Source of the DNA: Ruditapes philippinarum
Taxonomy: Eukaryota
Direction: 5' to 3'
Assembly: GCF_026571515.1 (NCBI RefSeq)
Contig: NW_026864022.1
Location: 124,001 to 188,000, forward strand
Length of the DNA: 64,000 nucleotides
A program made the translations under genes and the position numbers. Of this stretch, positions 59,880 to 64,000 are shown in pieces (the stretch's first letter is position 1; the number at the start of each line of letters is the position of its first letter). Under the pieces are notes generated by a model, which saw only the letters and a program-made list of their open reading frames with translations, did no database searches and was not told where the DNA came from.

Positions 59880-62520
59880 GTATGGTAGTGCTGAAGAAAA
59901 AAATGTTATGCAGCTCGTGAAAAGTAACAAATATAATAAAAACAAAACCTTGGCACAGTTTGTAATACTGTTCATAGATGTGTAAACAAAATATTATGCA
60001 GCTGATGAAAAAAAAAATTAATATAATTAAAACAAAACCTTGGCACGGTTGTAATACTGTTCATAGATGTGTAAACAAAATATTATGCAGCTGATGAAAA
60101 AATTAATATAATTAACAAAAACCTTGGCACGGTTGTAATACTGTTCATAGATGTGTAAACAAAATATACAGCTGATGAAAAAAATTAATATAATTAACAA
60201 AACCTTGGCAACGGTTGTAATACTGTTCATAGATGTGTAAACAAAAATATACAGCTGATGAAAAACAAGAGGGCCATGATGGCCCTAGATCGCTCACCTG
60301 AATTATCAAACTCATCCAAACAATTACCTTTAGCCCAAGCTTTTCTGACCAATTTCATGACGGGTGAGTCAAAAAGGGTAAAACCCATTTACATGTTAAA
60401 AAAAGGATTTTTTCCATTTTGGGGGCAGTGCGACCTTTTTTTTTTCCCAAAAAGGTGCACATTTAACATTTTGCCCTAAAAATCATCAAAAAAAACTTTC
60501 AGACCAATTTCCGGGAAATTATTTGGATCAAAAAGTAGAAAACCTAAAAGTGTTAAAAAGTTTTTTCCTATTTTGGGGCCCCGGGTGCCCTAGTTTCACA
60601 TGCGATTTCGAACTCACCCAAGAATTCCCTTTAGACAAGCTTCTGCCCAATTTTGTTTGAAAGGGGAGCCCGAAAATGTGCCCACTAGAATTTAAAAAGG
60701 GTTTTTTTTCCATTTTTGGGCGGGTGCCCTATTTTTTCACCCAAAAAATGACCCATGTTCGATCTTGACTTAGAAATCATCAAAACAAACTTTCAGACCA
60801 ATTAACAGAATATTTGGATCACAACAGTAGCCACTAGAGTGTTAACAAGATTTTTTCTATTTTAGCTCCTGTGACCTAGTTTTTCATCCAAGATGTCCCA
60901 TGTTCGATTTATTCCCAGCAATGACCTAGACAAGTTTCCTGACCAAGTTTTGATGACAATTGAGTCAAAATTGTGACCACTAGAGTGTTAACAAGGATTT
61001 TCTATTTTAGCTCCTGTGACCTAGTTTTTTTCATCCGAGATGACCCATGTTCGAACTCATCCGAGTTATTACCTAGACAAGCATCTTGATCAAGTTTGAT
61101 GATGATTGATGCAAAAATGTGACCGCTAAAGTGTTAACAAGGTTTTTCTATTTTTAGCTCCGGTGACCTACTTTTTCATCCGAGATGACCCATGTTCGAA
61201 CTCATCCAAGCTATCAACTAGATAAGCATCCTGACCAAGTTTGATGATGATTGATGCAAAAATGTGACCGCTAGAGTGTTAACAAGGTTTTTTCTATTTA
61301 TAGCCTCCGGTGACCTAGTTTTTCATCCGAGATGACCCATATTCGAACTCATCCGAGCTATTATCTAAACAAGCATCCTGACTAAGTTTGATGATGATTG
61401 GGTCAAAAATGTGACCACTAGAGTGGTCACAAGGTTTTTCTATTTTTAGCTCCTGTGACCTAGTTTTTCATCAGAGATGACCCATGTTCGAACTCATCCA
61501 AGCAATTGACTAGACAAGCATTCTGACCAAGTTTGATGATGATTGGTTCAAAAATGTGACCACTAGAGTGTTCACAAGGTTTTTCTATTTATAGCTCCTG
61601 TGACCTACTTTTTCATCCGAGATGACCCATGTTCGAACTCATCCGAGCTATCACCTAGACAAACATCCTGACCAAGTTTGATGAAGATTGGGTCAAAAAT
61701 GTGACCTCTAGAGTGTTCACAAGGTTTTTCTATTTTTAGCTCTTGTGACCTAGTTTTTCATCTGAGATGACCCATATTCGAACTCATCCGAGCTTTCAAA
61801 CTAGATAAGCATCCTGACCAAGTTTGATGATGATTGAGGCAAAAATGCGACCGCTAGAGTGTTCACAAGCAATTGTGGACGGCCAGACGGACGACGGACG
61901 ACGGACATTCATCGATCCTAAAAGCTCACCCTGAGCAAGCTCAGGTGAGCTAAAAATTAATATAATTAACAAAACCTTGGCACGGTTGTAATACTGTTCA
62001 TAGATGTGTAAACAAAATATACAGCTGATGAAAAAAAATTAATATAATTAACAAAACCTTGACACGGTTGTAATACTGTTCATAGATGTGTAAAAATATT
62101 ATGCAGCTGATGAAAAAAATTAATATAATTAACAAAACCTTGGCACGGTTGTAATACTGTTTATAGACGTGTGGACAAAATATGCAGCTAATGAAAAGTA
62201 ACAAATATAATACACAAAAGGTTGGCACTGTTGTAATTGTCACTATAATATGCAGCTAATGAAAAGTAACAAAAAGTAATACAAAAAAGGTTGGCACGGT
62301 TGTAATACTGTTTTATATAGACGTGTTAACAAAATATGCAGCTAAAGTAACAAATATGATACACAAAATGTTGGCACGGTTGTAATTCTGTTAATAGACG
62401 TGTAAACAAAAATATGCAGCTAATGAAAAGTAACAAATATAATACGCAAAATCTTGGCACATTGAAATACTGTTTATAGACCATGTAAACAAAATATGCA
62501 GCTGATGAAAAGTAAAAAAT
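59880..62520. repeat. ~82-90-bp tandem repeat array, split by a HINE insertion
   Basis: Unit GCAGCTGATGAAAAAAATTAATATAATTAACAAAACCTTGGCACGGTTGTAATACTGTTCATAGATGTGTAAACAAAATAT, present at 59880-60263 and 61953-62520. Confidence 0.9.
60264..61952 (-). mobile_element. Complete HINE-like element with a ~145-bp satellite array
   Basis: Ends AACAAGAGGGCCATGATGGCCCT...GCTCACCTG and (GGAC)n...GCTCACC...GGTGAGCTA, the same terminal design as 23801-25178 but inverted; units at 61039, 61183, 61330, 61476, 61621, 61766. Confidence 0.88.
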
Positions 62521-63625
62521 AGTTTTTACAAGTTTGTAAAAAATCAATAATAATTAAAATGTGATATTACACAAAGATCAAATTTGTTGTGAAGAAATTC
62601 ATTAAAAAATTGTCAGTAAAAATAGTTGGTTTTAGTAATTTCTTCGATATTATCAAAGTTTCAACAATAACAACAATAAAGATTACAAGAATCATCATTG
62701 TAAAGTATTTCAACTTTATTTTAAAGGTTAATACCATATCAATACATGTGTTCCCTGTTAGTGTCAAGTTTTGACAAAGATGTTATTATTGTATTGATCA
62801 GTATCAAAAACATTCCCCAAGCATTTAATGTCTTGATTTAAATAGTAACAATTTTTTTGTTTGTTTGTTTCATTTTAACGACTTTTACGTCATATAGGCG
62901 GGTAGTTTCTCTAACCATCGTTTCTGGAGAGTTACACCAGTACTAGACTTCCTTCCTCCGTGCAGTAACAATGTTTAATGGAAAAAAACCAGCATATAGA
63001 CAACAAAAAAACAGCATATAATTGTCAACAACAAACATAACATAGCAGCAGAATATACTGACTAGAAGGCAAATTTTGACTAGACAAGAATTTTGCATTT
63101 ACAAGAAAGACATGCTATGCTGATGACCTCAAACATTTAAATTACAACAAAAGTATAACAAGATAAACAAATGAGCCGCTTACTGTAGTTCTGACCCTTA
63201 TCACATTTTAAAAAATACCTTGATACATATTGACTTTTCAATCAGTGGAATAACTTATATGCAGATGAAGTAAAGGTTTGAAAATGTAAAATAAAAGTCA
63301 TTTATTTTATGCTTTTGAGTGTATTACTGATGTATCCGTGAAAAAATATATTTGATAATTTCACAGTGAAATGATTAAAATTTCAAACTTTTCTATGACG
63401 AGACTACTTTTTAAAGATTTTATCATCATTCAAATTTTTGAATTCAATAAATAATATCAATGGCTATTCAACGTTGATTGTCAAACTTATTTTTCAGCCC
63501 AAGACTTCCTGTATTTATGAGAAATTGGACTTAAATTCAACTAAAATTTGATGTTAACAGTGGGGAAAACAGATTTAATATTAACGTTAATATTGAGGAA
63601 ATTTCATTAGCATTAAATAAAAAGA

Positions 63626-63780
63626 CACTTTATTGTTTGTTGTGTAAGATGTAATTTTATAATCATTGAAGGAACTTTTAAAAAACAGTGTTCTCACGAG
63701 CGCATAGCCACTCATGAGAATACTGTTTTTAAAGCTCTCTTGATGATATAAAATTCATCTTACACACAAACAACAAATAT
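63626..63780. mobile_element. Hairpin MITE (long imperfect inverted repeat)
   Basis: TTGTTTGTTGTGTAAGATG...AAAAACAGTGTTCTCACGAG / CTCATGAGAATACTGTTTTT...CATCTTACACACAAACAACAA; a similar small hairpin lies at ~56412-56487. Confidence 0.7.
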
Positions 63781-63816
63781 CCTCTATAAATTTGCATTTT
63801 TAAATTAAAAACATGT

Positions 63817-63978
63817 CTAGTCACTTCCTTCGTTTTCTTCAGGTAAGGTCTCTGACACTTTGTTTCTTGCTTTCCTTCCCCCATCGCGGTCCCGCGCCCC
63901 CAGCCAGCAACTTTGAAACCTCTATTTCAACATCCTTCCTCGTTGCAGCCTTTGTCGGCAAGTTCCTTTGGACACATT
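63817..63978 (-). pseudogene. Terminal exon of a DUF4806/BEN-like transposon-associated gene with a 1-bp frameshift
   Basis: Acceptor TTTTTGTAG, then CVQRNLPTKAATRKDVEIEVSKLLAG; removing one G from the G5 run gives ARDRDGGRKARNKVSETLPEENEGSD*, a motif I recognise from DUF4806-type C-termini. Confidence 0.5.
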
Positions 63979-64000
63979 CTACAAAAACAAGCATTCTTAT

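Noticed and set aside
59880-62520. Tandem hammerhead/retrozyme array, since CTGATGA occurs in most units
   Set aside because: CTGATGA is followed by an A run, with no stem II-GAAA-stem III arrangement.

Overview
AT-rich, intron-containing animal genomic DNA, most likely a bivalve mollusc (inferred from the repeat families and the Mab-21/TPR gene type). I reconstructed five protein-coding genes by hand from splice sites. (1) The 5' part of a group II PLP-dependent aromatic amino-acid decarboxylase (DDC family, - strand, 10 exons, runs off the window start). It carries Tyr80 and Asn192 instead of DDC's Phe80/His192, the signature of insect DOPAL/DHPAA synthases. (2) NSFL1C/p47 (+, 10 exons, 383 aa), whose last intron is U12-type. 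(3) A single-coding-exon 699-aa cGAS-like (Mab-21 NTase + TPR-like) gene nested antisense in NSFL1C intron 8. (4) A CCAP/NPS/vasopressin-family class A GPCR (+, 7 coding exons) with a decayed HERO-like non-LTR retrotransposon in intron 3. (5) LIN7 (-, 6 exons, 197 aa). The rest is mostly mobile DNA: eight copies of a palindromic MITE, tRNA-derived SINEs, Helentron-associated elements with internal satellite arrays, a complete 310-bp miniature LTR element whose LTR contains a tRNA-like sequence, a minimal hammerhead ribozyme motif, and a probable EnSpm/CACTA end. There is one N gap and some stretches look error-prone. Most short ORFs in the supplied track are spurious. No database searches were run; all family assignments rest on recognised motifs.
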